The notes under the pieces were generated by a model. The model saw nothing but the letters and a program-made list of their open reading frames with translations. It did not search any database and was not told where the DNA came from. A DNA stretch of 64,000 nucleotides, taken from assembly GCA_035389045.1 (NCBI GenBank), contig DAOORA010000006.1, positions 1 to 64,000 on the forward strand. The letters run 5' to 3'. A program made the translations under genes and the position numbers. This DNA is from Bacteroidales bacterium. Lineage in GTDB: Bacteria; Bacteroidota; Bacteroidia; Bacteroidales; CAIWKO01. Shown one piece after another: positions 1 to 8,897 of this stretch (position 1 is its first letter; every line of letters starts with the position of its first letter).

Positions 1-51
1 CTGGATTTAAAGTTTAGGAAACTTCCGTTCTATCCGTTGAACTATAGGGCC
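1..51 (-). tRNA. tRNA-Arg(CCT), 3' end truncated by window edge
   Basis: Reverse complement reads GGCCCTA-TA-GTTC-AACGGATA-GAAC-G-GAAGT-TTCCTAA-ACTTT-AAATCCAG: D arm and anticodon arm with CCT. TACCTTTG box on the minus strand at 59-66. Confidence 0.9.
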
Positions 52-144
52 AGGGGCACAAAGGTACAAAAAACACAAATTGGTTGTCATTTTATTCAGT
101 TTCTTTTAAATGGTTTTCTAAATAAATTTTTTATCAGATTTATT

Positions 145-170
145 TTTGTAATAAAAAATGAGTAATTTTG
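145..170 (+). promoter_or_regulatory. Bacteroidota sigma70-type promoter for tRNA-Phe
   Basis: TTTG at 145-148 and TAATTTTG at 163-170 match the TTTG / TAnnTTTG consensus, 17 nt before the tRNA. Confidence 0.6.
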
Positions 171-187
171 CAGTCCTTTTTAATGGC

Positions 188-260
<73 letters not shown>

Positions 261-264
261 CAGC

Positions 265-290
265 AAGCGCTCCTAAAGAGCGCTTTTTTT
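265..290 (+). terminator. Intrinsic terminator after tRNA-Phe
   Basis: AAGCGCTC-CTAAA-GAGCGCTT followed by a T run. Confidence 0.85.
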
Positions 291-304
291 GTTAATTTTG
301 CACG

Positions 305-1630
305 ATGCTGGCGAAATTCTTAGCACATATTACAGAAAACGAGTTGTTTGGACCTTCCGACAAAATACTTCTTGCTGTGAGCGGAGGTGTTGATTCTATA
401 GTGATGACGGAACTTTTTTACAGGGCAGGATTTCGTTTCGCTATGGTGCATTGTAACTTTCTTTTACGGGGAGTAGATTCCGATACAGATGAAAAATTTG
501 TGAAAAATCTGGCAGAGAAATATAAAACCCGATGTTATGTAAAGCAATTTGATACCCGCGCGTATTCGGAGCAGCATAAACTTTCGATACAGGAAGCCGC
601 CCGCGATCTTCGATATAATTTTTTTGAAGAGATCAGCAAAAAAGAGAATTTTAAATTTATTGCCACGGCACATCATGCCGACGACAGTATCGAAACATTT
701 TTTATCAACTTACTGCGGGGAACTGGCATTTCAGGACTTTCAGGAATCCCTGCGAAGCAAAATAAAATTATACGGCCTATGTTATTTGCATATAAAAAGG
801 ATATCGAAGATTATGCAAAAAAGAATAATATTGATTACCGCTATGATTTTTCAAACCGGGAAAACAAATACCTGAGAAATAAGATAAGAAACACGCTGCT
901 GCCGGCATTAGAAAATATTTCGCCCGGATATCGTAAATCAATTGATACCACGATCAATAACCTCAAAAATACAGAAATCATTTATCGTCAGTGCCTCGAA
1001 AAAATTCAGTTACTGCAAACGGAAAAGAATGAATTGATGACGATTTCCATTGATAAACTCAGGATGCTAAAACCATCTTCACGCTATTTATATGAATGTA
1101 TAAAGATGTTTGGTTTCAATCTTCATGTATGCGAAGATGTTTGCAATTCACTGGATGACATACCAGGAAAAATATTTTTGTCGCCGACACACCGGATGGT
1201 AAAAGATCGCGAAAAGCTCATAATCGAAAAAAAGAAAGACACCGACAGAAACAGTCATTTTCTTGCGTATGAAGGAATACAACTTATTTACGAGCCTGTA
1301 AAATTGGAATTTACTGAGCGAAAAAAATCTGAGATGGCTGTGCTTGATACTGACAGGCATACCGCACTGCTCGACAAGGACCGGCTGTTATTTCCACTCA
1401 TTATACGAAAATGGCAACGAGGCGATTATTTTTATCCGCTGGGGTTGCGTGGAAAAAAGAAACTCAGTGATTTTTTTTCCGACAACAAGTTTTCTGTTAT
1501 TGAAAAATCAAATACGTGGCTGCTTTGCTCCGGGGATGACATTGCCTGGATCATTGGCCATAGAATAGATGAACGTTACAAAATTAAGCAGTTAACACAA
1601 AATATTTTACAGATTAAATGGTTACAATAA
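305..1630 (+). CDS. tilS: tRNA(Ile)-lysidine synthetase
   Basis: SGGVDS PP-loop, TAHHADD..ETF..NLLRGTG, RN.IR motif, TilS C-terminal KKKLSDFF. Confidence 0.96.
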   Translation: MLAKFLAHITENELFGPSDKILLAVSGGVDSIVMTELFYRAGFRFAMVHCNFLLRGVDSDTDEKFVKNLAEKYKTRCYVKQFDTRAYSEQHKLSIQEAARDLRYNFFEEISKKENFKFIATAHHADDSIETFFINLLRGTGISGLSGIPAKQNKIIRPMLFAYKKDIEDYAKKNNIDYRYDFSNRENKYLRNKIRNTLLPALENISPGYRKSIDTTINNLKNTEIIYRQCLEKIQLLQTEKNELMTISIDKLRMLKPSSRYLYECIKMFGFNLHVCEDVCNSLDDIPGKIFLSPTHRMVKDREKLIIEKKKDTDRNSHFLAYEGIQLIYEPVKLEFTERKKSEMAVLDTDRHTALLDKDRLLFPLIIRKWQRGDYFYPLGLRGKKKLSDFFSDNKFSVIEKSNTWLLCSGDDIAWIIGHRIDERYKIKQLTQNILQIKWLQ

Positions 1631-1687
1631 AAGATTATTTTTGTAAATGGTTTTCAGAAGGCACATATAAATATAATTAGAATCACT

Positions 1688-3760
1688 ATGAATTTAAATA
1701 GGAAAATCCGGATTTTTATTTTTTTGTTGTTTATCTTTTCCACTGCCGGTGCGCAGATACTTGAACCGGTCAAATGGTCTGTCGCATCTAAAAAAACGGG
1801 GGACGCCAGTGCGGAAATAACTCTTACGGCAACGATTGACAAGGGCTGGCATTTATACTCTCAGGACATACCCGCCAACGGGCCGGTTCCGACGGAGTTT
1901 GTATTTGAAAAGAATAAATTTTACAGTCTTGAAGGAAAGGTCGTCGAGCCCAAGCCGATAACGGAAAAGGACCCCAACTTCGACAATATGTTGTTGAAGT
2001 ATTTTTCGACGAAGGCCATTTTTAAACAAAAAATAAACATACTACACGAAGAAGACTTTATGGTAAAAGGTACCGTAAGTTTCATGTGTTGTAACGATGT
2101 GAGTTGCCTTCCCCCGAATGATGTGCCTTTTTCGGTGAAGGTGCAGGGCGCGGCAAACGTGCTGCAGAAAGATACTGTACGTCCGGATACTGTTATTGTT
2201 ACCACGCCCGACACCCTGAATACCATATCGGCTGATTCGGTGAACAAGGGAACTTTGGAGGGTGGCAGCACAGGCGCATCCAATAAAGGCTTATGGGGGT
2301 TGTTTTTCTTTGCTTTTCTGGCCGGCCTGGCAGCCATTATCACCCCTTGTGTTTTTCCTATGATCCCGATGACGGTTTCTTTTTTTATGCATGAAGGAGA
2401 ACGCCGGGCAAAATCCATCATCAAGGCTCTGTTTTTCGGTTTGTCCATAATACTCATTTATACTGTAATCGGAACTATTGTTGCAGTTACACTGGGTGTT
2501 AATTTTGCCAATTTCCTTAGTACGCACTGGATACCGAATGTTTTATTTTTTCTTATATTCCTGGTTTTTGCTGCCTCCTTTTTTGGAATGTTTGAGATTA
2601 CGATGCCGGGATGGATGATCAATAAATCGGATAAGCAGGCAGATAAAGGTGGTATCATTGGTTCCTTTTTTATGGCATTTACGCTGGTGCTCGTGTCATT
2701 TTCGTGCACCGGGCCGCTGGTTGGCGCTATACTGGTAAAGTCGGCTAGCGGGCAGGTTCTTGAACCTATTATAGGAATGCTGGGATTTTCGATAGCTTTT
2801 GCCCTGCCGTTTTCATTATTTGCCTTTTTCCCATCATGGTTAAGCCGGCTTCCGAAATCGGGAGGGTGGCTGAATTCAGTGAAAGTGGTTTTAGGCTTTA
2901 TTGAGCTGGCACTGGGTTTAAAATTTCTGAGCATAGCCGACCAAACCTATCATTGGAGAATACTTGACCGGGAAGTCTACCTGGCCTTATGGATCATTAT
3001 ATTTACCCTGATGGGCTTTTATCTGCTTGGGAAAATAAAATTCAAACACGACAGTGATTTGAAATATGTTGGGGTATTCAGGCTTTGTCTTGCTATAATT
3101 ACATTCTCCTTTGTTATTTACATGATACCCGGGATGTTCGGGGCTCCGCTGAAAATGTTGTCAGGCTATATTCCTCCGCAGCAATCCTTAGACTTTGATA
3201 TCAGCAGAATCGTGCGGGAGGATAGCGGTAAGGACAAGGAGCTTTGTGAAAAATCCAAATACAGTGAGTTTTTGCACCTGCCTCATGGATTGAATGGTTA
3301 TTATGATTTCGGGCAGGGCATTGCCTGTGCCCGGGAACAGAACAAACCGGTATTTATTGATTTTACAGGCCACGGCTGTGTTAATTGCCGTGAAATGGAA
3401 GCTAATGTATGGTCTGATCCGAGAGTGCTTAAAATCCTGAGAGAAGATTACCTGATCATTACCCTTTATGTGGATGATAAGAAAGAGATGGAAGAGTCGG
3501 ATTGGGTAACATCAAGGTATGACGGGCAGCTCAAGAAAACTATCGGAAAAAAATATGCTGATTTTCAGGTGTATTTTTTCAATGTCAATGCCCAACCCTA
3601 TTATGTGTTGCTTGATCCTTACGTTGACCTGAAAGATAAGACGGATGTGGCGAAAGCCGAGTTAGTGCCTCCGCGGGCATACGATCTGAATCCGGATAAT
3701 TTTGTAAGCTTTCTGCAACAGGGACTGGAGGAATTTAAAAAACGCAGATCTGACAAATAG
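1688..3760 (+). CDS. dsbD: Thiol:disulfide interchange protein, DsbD family
   Basis: Signal peptide; N-domain GWHLYS...CCNDVSCLPP; TM cysteines TPCVFPMIP and SFSCTGP; LPKSGGWL; C-terminal thioredoxin DFTGHGCVNC. Confidence 0.9.
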   Translation: MNLNRKIRIFIFLLFIFSTAGAQILEPVKWSVASKKTGDASAEITLTATIDKGWHLYSQDIPANGPVPTEFVFEKNKFYSLEGKVVEPKPITEKDPNFDNMLLKYFSTKAIFKQKINILHEEDFMVKGTVSFMCCNDVSCLPPNDVPFSVKVQGAANVLQKDTVRPDTVIVTTPDTLNTISADSVNKGTLEGGSTGASNKGLWGLFFFAFLAGLAAIITPCVFPMIPMTVSFFMHEGERRAKSIIKALFFGLSIILIYTVIGTIVAVTLGVNFANFLSTHWIPNVLFFLIFLVFAASFFGMFEITMPGWMINKSDKQADKGGIIGSFFMAFTLVLVSFSCTGPLVGAILVKSASGQVLEPIIGMLGFSIAFALPFSLFAFFPSWLSRLPKSGGWLNSVKVVLGFIELALGLKFLSIADQTYHWRILDREVYLALWIIIFTLMGFYLLGKIKFKHDSDLKYVGVFRLCLAIITFSFVIYMIPGMFGAPLKMLSGYIPPQQSLDFDISRIVREDSGKDKELCEKSKYSEFLHLPHGLNGYYDFGQGIACAREQNKPVFIDFTGHGCVNCREMEANVWSDPRVLKILREDYLIITLYVDDKKEMEESDWVTSRYDGQLKKTIGKKYADFQVYFFNVNAQPYYVLLDPYVDLKDKTDVAKAELVPPRAYDLNPDNFVSFLQQGLEEFKKRRSDK

Positions 3761-3808
3761 TTTTAAATGGAAAAACGGTTTTGATGATTTAAGACATTGT
3801 GTTTTAAC

Positions 3809-3963
3809 TTAAGGGCATCTCTAATAACCTTGATCGGGCGCCTCTAAAAACAAAAAAGTTCGAGGCAGTCGAAGTTCTGAAAACCGCAGTGTACTGAGCG
3901 TACATGAGGATTTGAAGAACGAAGATGAACGAAGAAATTTGAAGTTTTTAGAGGTGCCCTTAA
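3809..3963. mobile_element. Non-autonomous palindromic element (MITE, RPE-like)
   Basis: Inverted ends GGGCGCCTCTAAAAAC (3836-3851) / GTTTTTAGAGGTGCCC (3944-3959); second left-end copy TTAAGGGCATCTCTAA (3809-3824); TTAA at both outer ends; internal hairpin GTGTAC-TGAGC-GTACAT. Confidence 0.7.
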
Positions 3964-4289
3964 TGAAATCTTCATTTATTGCTTTTCACACAAACATTAA
4001 TATGTGTCGTATGTATAATTAATATGTGTGCCATTTTCATTACCATACAATGATAGATTTTATCCCGGTCTTTGGATAACTGTAAGGCCCAAACACGCAT
4101 AATATCAAGGAATAATTCCTAAATTATGCAGATTTTTTAGTTAATTTTAATATTTTTACAACCCGGATGCGAACCAGTTATTTTATTCCTTGAACCGAAT
4201 AGCGATCACGGCAGAAAATACTATATAGTGACTGAAACAAACATATTGAATCAAAACAGTTTCTTAATAATTTGATAAAAAGTAAAAAA

Positions 4290-5237
4290 ATGGAAAACAA
4301 CGGGAAGACATCAGCAGGCGACGCATCTGCAGGAAATAAGGACAATGAAAGCCCTGTGACAACGGATGCTCCGGGCACAAACAGCTGTGCGGAAAAACCG
4401 GCAACGGGACAAACCAATGAGCAGGGTGAGCCCGCTGATACTGCATTAGAAAAAAATACGACCAACCTCAACTGGCGGGCATTTTTAACTGCGGTATATA
4501 TTTTTATTGTGACAATAGCCTTGTTTTTCGCTTTTATTGCCATAAATAAAAAACTCGATAAAAAAAACAAGGTCTGTTACACTGTCTTATGGAAAAACAA
4601 CGAGGCCATACATATTAAACCGGGACCACCCTGGTTTCAGTATGACCAGAAAGCGGATTCAATCCGGTCGCTGAAGATCATTGATGAAGCTGATAAAAAG
4701 CTTTTGTTGGCGCTGGCAGAAGACACATCGGGGGCGAAGACGGACACGCTGAATGTGAATATGGATTCCTTTAATCAGGCAATAGAAAGCCTGGCATTTA
4801 AAACCAACAGTGAAAAACGATCTTCCTATTATTTATTGATATTAATTTTTGCCGTTTGCGGCGCTTTTGGTTCTCAATTACGCATGATATACCGGTTCAT
4901 TGGTGTTACCTGCTATAAAAGAATATTCGATTTTAATCTCTGGTGGCCATGGTATTTTCTATTGCCATTGCTCGGCGCTGTTATCGGGCCAATACTATTT
5001 ATGCTGGTAGAAGGGAATCTTTTAAATTATTCAACGACAGCAAATTATTCCAGTTTTTTAATTGCATTGACCATTATTGCTGGTTTTGCGGCAGATGATT
5101 TTGTCAGAAAACTCAACCAGATTTCGGAAGCTTTCTGGGGTGAAAGCAAGGCGGATAACAAAAGCGGGACAAACGGAAAGTCCGGAGCCTCTGGACAAGC
5201 AGAAACATCAAGTACGGCAGCAGCGGCAAAAAAATAA
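4290..5237 (+). CDS. Hypothetical membrane protein (low-complexity termini, 1 TM + soluble domain + 3 TM)
   Basis: Long ORF; ATG at 4290 after an A-rich leader is preferred over TTG 4272; four hydrophobic segments with GAFGS, PLLGAVIG and IAGF motifs. Confidence 0.75.
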   Translation: MENNGKTSAGDASAGNKDNESPVTTDAPGTNSCAEKPATGQTNEQGEPADTALEKNTTNLNWRAFLTAVYIFIVTIALFFAFIAINKKLDKKNKVCYTVLWKNNEAIHIKPGPPWFQYDQKADSIRSLKIIDEADKKLLLALAEDTSGAKTDTLNVNMDSFNQAIESLAFKTNSEKRSSYYLLILIFAVCGAFGSQLRMIYRFIGVTCYKRIFDFNLWWPWYFLLPLLGAVIGPILFMLVEGNLLNYSTTANYSSFLIALTIIAGFAADDFVRKLNQISEAFWGESKADNKSGTNGKSGASGQAETSSTAAAAKK

Positions 5238-5313
5238 AAACCTGCATGTTTGAAAACAATGTTGTGTTTTGATGACAAATAGTTGAAGATTCCGTTTTAA
5301 TAATGAATGGAAA

Positions 5314-5433
5314 TTAGTCGTCTGATGACTTTGTAAACAAAAGCTCTTTCCCCGGGCCCCAAAAAAGTTTTTCAAAATCCTGTATCTGGTCGCTGGTCAC
5401 TAAGATGCCTTTATTTTTCAAAAGCTGTTCATA
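5314..5433 (-). pseudogene. Remnant 3' end of an MGMT/ATL-family gene
   Basis: Translates YEQLLKNKGILVTSDQIQDFEKLFWGPGKELLFTKSSDD*, versus MQQLLENEGLTIIDDQIQDFKKLFWDPMKEI* for the gene at 6760-7104. Confidence 0.85.
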
Positions 5434-5521
5434 GAAATGGCATTTCAAATTATTTGTATTAGAAATACAAAATATCTTGTATTTTTAATACAAATTATGT
5501 ATCTTTGTAAAAAACTTTATA

Positions 5522-6727
5522 ATGATTACAGAAGAAATACTCAGAGCTGTTATTGCGGAAAATATCAAATTTTTCGCACTTGATGCAACAGTAAAAAGAG
5601 ATAGGGGCATTAATTTAAAAAGCAAATTTGTAACGGTAATTACAGGCGTAAGGCGCTGTGGAAAAAGTACCTTATTAAGGCAATTACTGAAAAATGAGAA
5701 AAATAAAATATTTTTAAATTTTGAAGACACAAGGCTTGAGGGTTTTGAATTAGGCGACTTTTATAAGGTTGAACAGATTGCCGTTTCAAAAAAAATCAAT
5801 TGCTATGTGTTCGATGAAATACAAAATATTGTCGGATGGGAAAAATATGTCCGGTCTGCTCATGATAAGGGGTTTAGGATATTTATTACAGGGTCTAATG
5901 CCTCTATGCTCAGCCGGGAACTTGGCACAAAGCTTACAGGAAGGTATTTACAAACAGAGCTGTTCCCGTTCAGTTTTACTGAATATTTAAAATATACCAA
6001 AGCAAAATTCGGACGGGATAGTTTTTTAATATTTATGTCGGAAGGTGGATTCCCTGAATTTCTGGCTTCAGCCGACACTGAATATCTTCGTACACTTTTC
6101 CGGGATATAATAATCCGCGATATTGCTGTTCGAAGAAATATCAGAAACGAACATGTGATTTTAAGACTTGCATTACACCTGATAAGTAATGTTGGCAAAG
6201 AGATTAGTTACAACAATTTGACAAAGCTGATGGGGATTAAATCAGTTCGCACAACTATTGATTACTGTGATTATTTAAGAGAAAGTTACCTGCTGGATTT
6301 TGTGCCGCGTTTTTCCTTTTCAATAAAACAGCAATTAAATAATCCTAAAAAAGTCTATTCTGTTGATACTGGAATGGCAAAAGCAAACAGTATTTCTTTT
6401 AGCGAAGATATGGGCAGAATGCTTGAGAATACAGTTTACTTGCGCTTAAGACAGGCTTCGCGTGATATTTTATATTTTAAGGATGATTTGTCGGAATGTG
6501 CTTTTTTAGTACGGAAAAATGACAACATAGTCTATGCTGTTCAGGTATGCTGGCATCTTACTGAAAACAATATGAAACGGGAAATTGCCGGATTGAAAAA
6601 TGCCTTGGCTGTTACCAAGGTAAAAAATGGGATACTAATAACTTATGACCAACAGGATTTGTTTGAAAATGTTTTAGTAATACCCGTATGGAAATGGATG
6701 CAACAGGACTTGCCTTTTCAAAAATAG
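5522..6727 (+). CDS. AAA+ ATPase, AAA_14 + DUF4143 type
   Basis: GVRRCGKST Walker A, VFDEIQ Walker B, ITGSNASML, LTGR, GGFPE, PKKVYSVDTG, LENTV. TATCTTTG box at 5500-5507. Confidence 0.9.
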   Translation: MITEEILRAVIAENIKFFALDATVKRDRGINLKSKFVTVITGVRRCGKSTLLRQLLKNEKNKIFLNFEDTRLEGFELGDFYKVEQIAVSKKINCYVFDEIQNIVGWEKYVRSAHDKGFRIFITGSNASMLSRELGTKLTGRYLQTELFPFSFTEYLKYTKAKFGRDSFLIFMSEGGFPEFLASADTEYLRTLFRDIIIRDIAVRRNIRNEHVILRLALHLISNVGKEISYNNLTKLMGIKSVRTTIDYCDYLRESYLLDFVPRFSFSIKQQLNNPKKVYSVDTGMAKANSISFSEDMGRMLENTVYLRLRQASRDILYFKDDLSECAFLVRKNDNIVYAVQVCWHLTENNMKREIAGLKNALAVTKVKNGILITYDQQDLFENVLVIPVWKWMQQDLPFQK

Positions 6728-6759
6728 AGTACGGTCAAAAAAATATTTAATTCATGTTT

Positions 6760-7104
6760 TTAGATTTCCTTCATCGGATCCCAGAAAAGTTTTTTAAAAT
6801 CCTGAATCTGATCATCAATGATGGTAAGGCCTTCATTTTCGAGAAGCTGTTGCATCAGCAGGCTGCCGTCGAAATGATGTTTTCCTGTCAGTACTCCGTT
6901 ACGGTTCACCACACGGTGAGCCGGGATTGACAATCGCTGATGATGAGACTGGTTCATGGCCCATCCTACCATGCGTGCCGAGCCTTTGCTGCCCAGGTAT
7001 CCGGCAATGGCGCCGTATGAAGTGACTCTGCCGTAAGGTATACATAGAACCACACCATATACCTTACTGAAAAAAGAAGCATCGTTACCGGATTTATTTT
7101 TCAA
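6760..7104 (-). CDS. MGMT-family alkyltransferase-like protein (ATL)
   Basis: IPYGRVTSYG.IA, ARMVGWAM; PAHRV in place of catalytic PCHRV; TTG start overlaps the trmB end. Confidence 0.88.
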   Translation of the reverse strand: MKNKSGNDASFFSKVYGVVLCIPYGRVTSYGAIAGYLGSKGSARMVGWAMNQSHHQRLSIPAHRVVNRNGVLTGKHHFDGSLLMQQLLENEGLTIIDDQIQDFKKLFWDPMKEI

Positions 7105-7771
7105 GGTGATTTAATATGAATTGCAAGTAACATATTTTTTTTCCTTCGGCAAGGAACACGGATTCATAAAATGTCTGTATCATTCCGGCCTCATTATTCA
7201 GGTCGGAGTTGTACAAGTCGAACGTATGATTCAGCAGCATATGCTTTTTCTGCCCGATGATGTCAAGGGTGTATTCAAACAAGCCAGTATTATCTGTTTT
7301 GAGATTTATGACGGCATCTTTTTTCAGAAACAGCCGGTATCTCTCAAGAAACTCAGGACTGGTTAGTCTTTTACCTTCTTTGGCTTTTTGGGGTTGTGGA
7401 TCGGGGAAGGTTATCCACAGCCCGCTGACTTCATTTTTGCCAAAAAACCTGTTGATCTGGTTGATATGAATTCGCAGGAAGGCTGCATTGCAGATATTGT
7501 TCTCCAATGCTGTTTTGGCCCCGCGCCAGATGCGCGCGCCCTTAATATCCAAGCCAATGTAATTATGTTGTGGATTTAAGCGCGATAAGCCCACAGTGTA
7601 TTCACCTTTTCCGCAACCCAGTTCCAGAAATAAAGGATGGTCGTTACCGAAAAAATCAGACGACCACTTGTTTTTAAGGTGATAATCTTCAGAAAAATGA
7701 TAATACGGCAACTGAACAACATTTCTGAAAGTTGCTGTTTCTGCAAACCGTTCAAGTTTATTTTTTCCCAC
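7094..7771 (-). CDS. trmB: tRNA (guanine-N7)-methyltransferase
   Basis: MGKNKL.RF N-terminus, LELGCGKGEY, DIKGARIW, ITFPDPQ, LKTD, QT.YE. Confidence 0.95.
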   Translation of the reverse strand: MGKNKLERFAETATFRNVVQLPYYHFSEDYHLKNKWSSDFFGNDHPLFLELGCGKGEYTVGLSRLNPQHNYIGLDIKGARIWRGAKTALENNICNAAFLRIHINQINRFFGKNEVSGLWITFPDPQPQKAKEGKRLTSPEFLERYRLFLKKDAVINLKTDNTGLFEYTLDIIGQKKHMLLNHTFDLYNSDLNNEAGMIQTFYESVFLAEGKKICYLQFILNHLEK

Positions 7772-7779
7772 AAAAAATC

Positions 7780-8841
7780 TTACATTTTAAGCAACCAGGC
7801 ATCGGGGCTTATGCTGCTGTGAATTCTGGACAGCCCATCGCTGGCAGTTTGTTCCGAATCAAAGCAATCAATATAAACCTTATATAGTTCGTTGCCTTTG
7901 GGCTCGATGATGCCGGCATTTTGATATCCCTTTGAAATAAGCTGGTTTTTGTAATTTTCTGCCAGGTCTCTGACACGGTTGCAACTACCTATAATAAAGA
8001 ATTTACATGGCGAAGCTGGCACTGCTGTTTCCGTTTGTGCGGCTCCGGAAGCAGAGGTCGTGCCTGCCGAAAATTCAGAAAAACAGGGGTATAATGTGTC
8101 ATGCCGGGGCGTGAAAATGCTCTTGCTGTTTGCAACATCAAGGGTGCTTTCGTAAACCTCCGGGATATTGTAACTGAGGTTTTTTTCTGATCTTACAATT
8201 TGTTCAGTGGTATTTTCTTTTACTGAAAAGACAGAGGTCAGATTGGTATAGTTATGGGTAACATCGGTAATAGTCCCCACATTGACAAATGCCCAGACGA
8301 AAACGGCAGCTGCAGGCACAGATATCAAAGCAACCTTTGCCCATACTTCCGAAGGTTTATGTTCGGCAGGTTTTATTTTCTTTTCTGAAAAGACTTTTCC
8401 GATACGTTTTTCTATGCCTTCGCGTTGTATGGCGGGAGAAATGAAATTTGCAAGACCAAAGGAAGACAGCAGCAGGTTGTGTTCCATATCCTGCTGAAAC
8501 CTGAAATAATTATTTGAATCAAGAACAAGTGTTCCCACGTGAAGTATTTCGAGTTTCCCTTTGTTATTAAGGATCTGAAGGCAATCTTCAACAAAATGTT
8601 GTATCATGGCCAGGGCATCACCAAAAGGAATATTTTCTTTCTGAGCAATATAAGAAGCCAGTAACCCGTCGTTATGTTTGATGTCCGAGTTAAATAATAT
8701 CTCTTTCCGTGGTGGAGAAAAACTATTTATAACCGGTTGAATACCTGCCGGAATATGAGTGGCGATAAATCCGCCGAAACCCGGCACGATCACACAGTCA
8801 TGCTGAAGCAATAACTCGCTGATATATTGAAGTACTTTCAT
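7780..8841 (-). CDS. HU-like (HU-CCDC81-type) domain + TM + SPOR domain protein
   Basis: N-terminal HDCVIVPGFGGF..PP.K...FN....NDGLL, one central TM segment, C-terminal SPOR-like domain ending DAWLLK. Confidence 0.8.
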   Translation of the reverse strand: MKVLQYISELLLQHDCVIVPGFGGFIATHIPAGIQPVINSFSPPRKEILFNSDIKHNDGLLASYIAQKENIPFGDALAMIQHFVEDCLQILNNKGKLEILHVGTLVLDSNNYFRFQQDMEHNLLLSSFGLANFISPAIQREGIEKRIGKVFSEKKIKPAEHKPSEVWAKVALISVPAAAVFVWAFVNVGTITDVTHNYTNLTSVFSVKENTTEQIVRSEKNLSYNIPEVYESTLDVANSKSIFTPRHDTLYPCFSEFSAGTTSASGAAQTETAVPASPCKFFIIGSCNRVRDLAENYKNQLISKGYQNAGIIEPKGNELYKVYIDCFDSEQTASDGLSRIHSSISPDAWLLKM

Positions 8842-8897
8842 TGAATTAATACAATATCAACTCCTGATTTATAATGATGCTAAATTACGAAAAAAAA

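Noticed and set aside
4178..4570. 130-aa minus-strand ORF and the many other short antisense or nested ORFs in the track
   Set aside because: They are shadows of longer, motif-supported genes and have no independent features.
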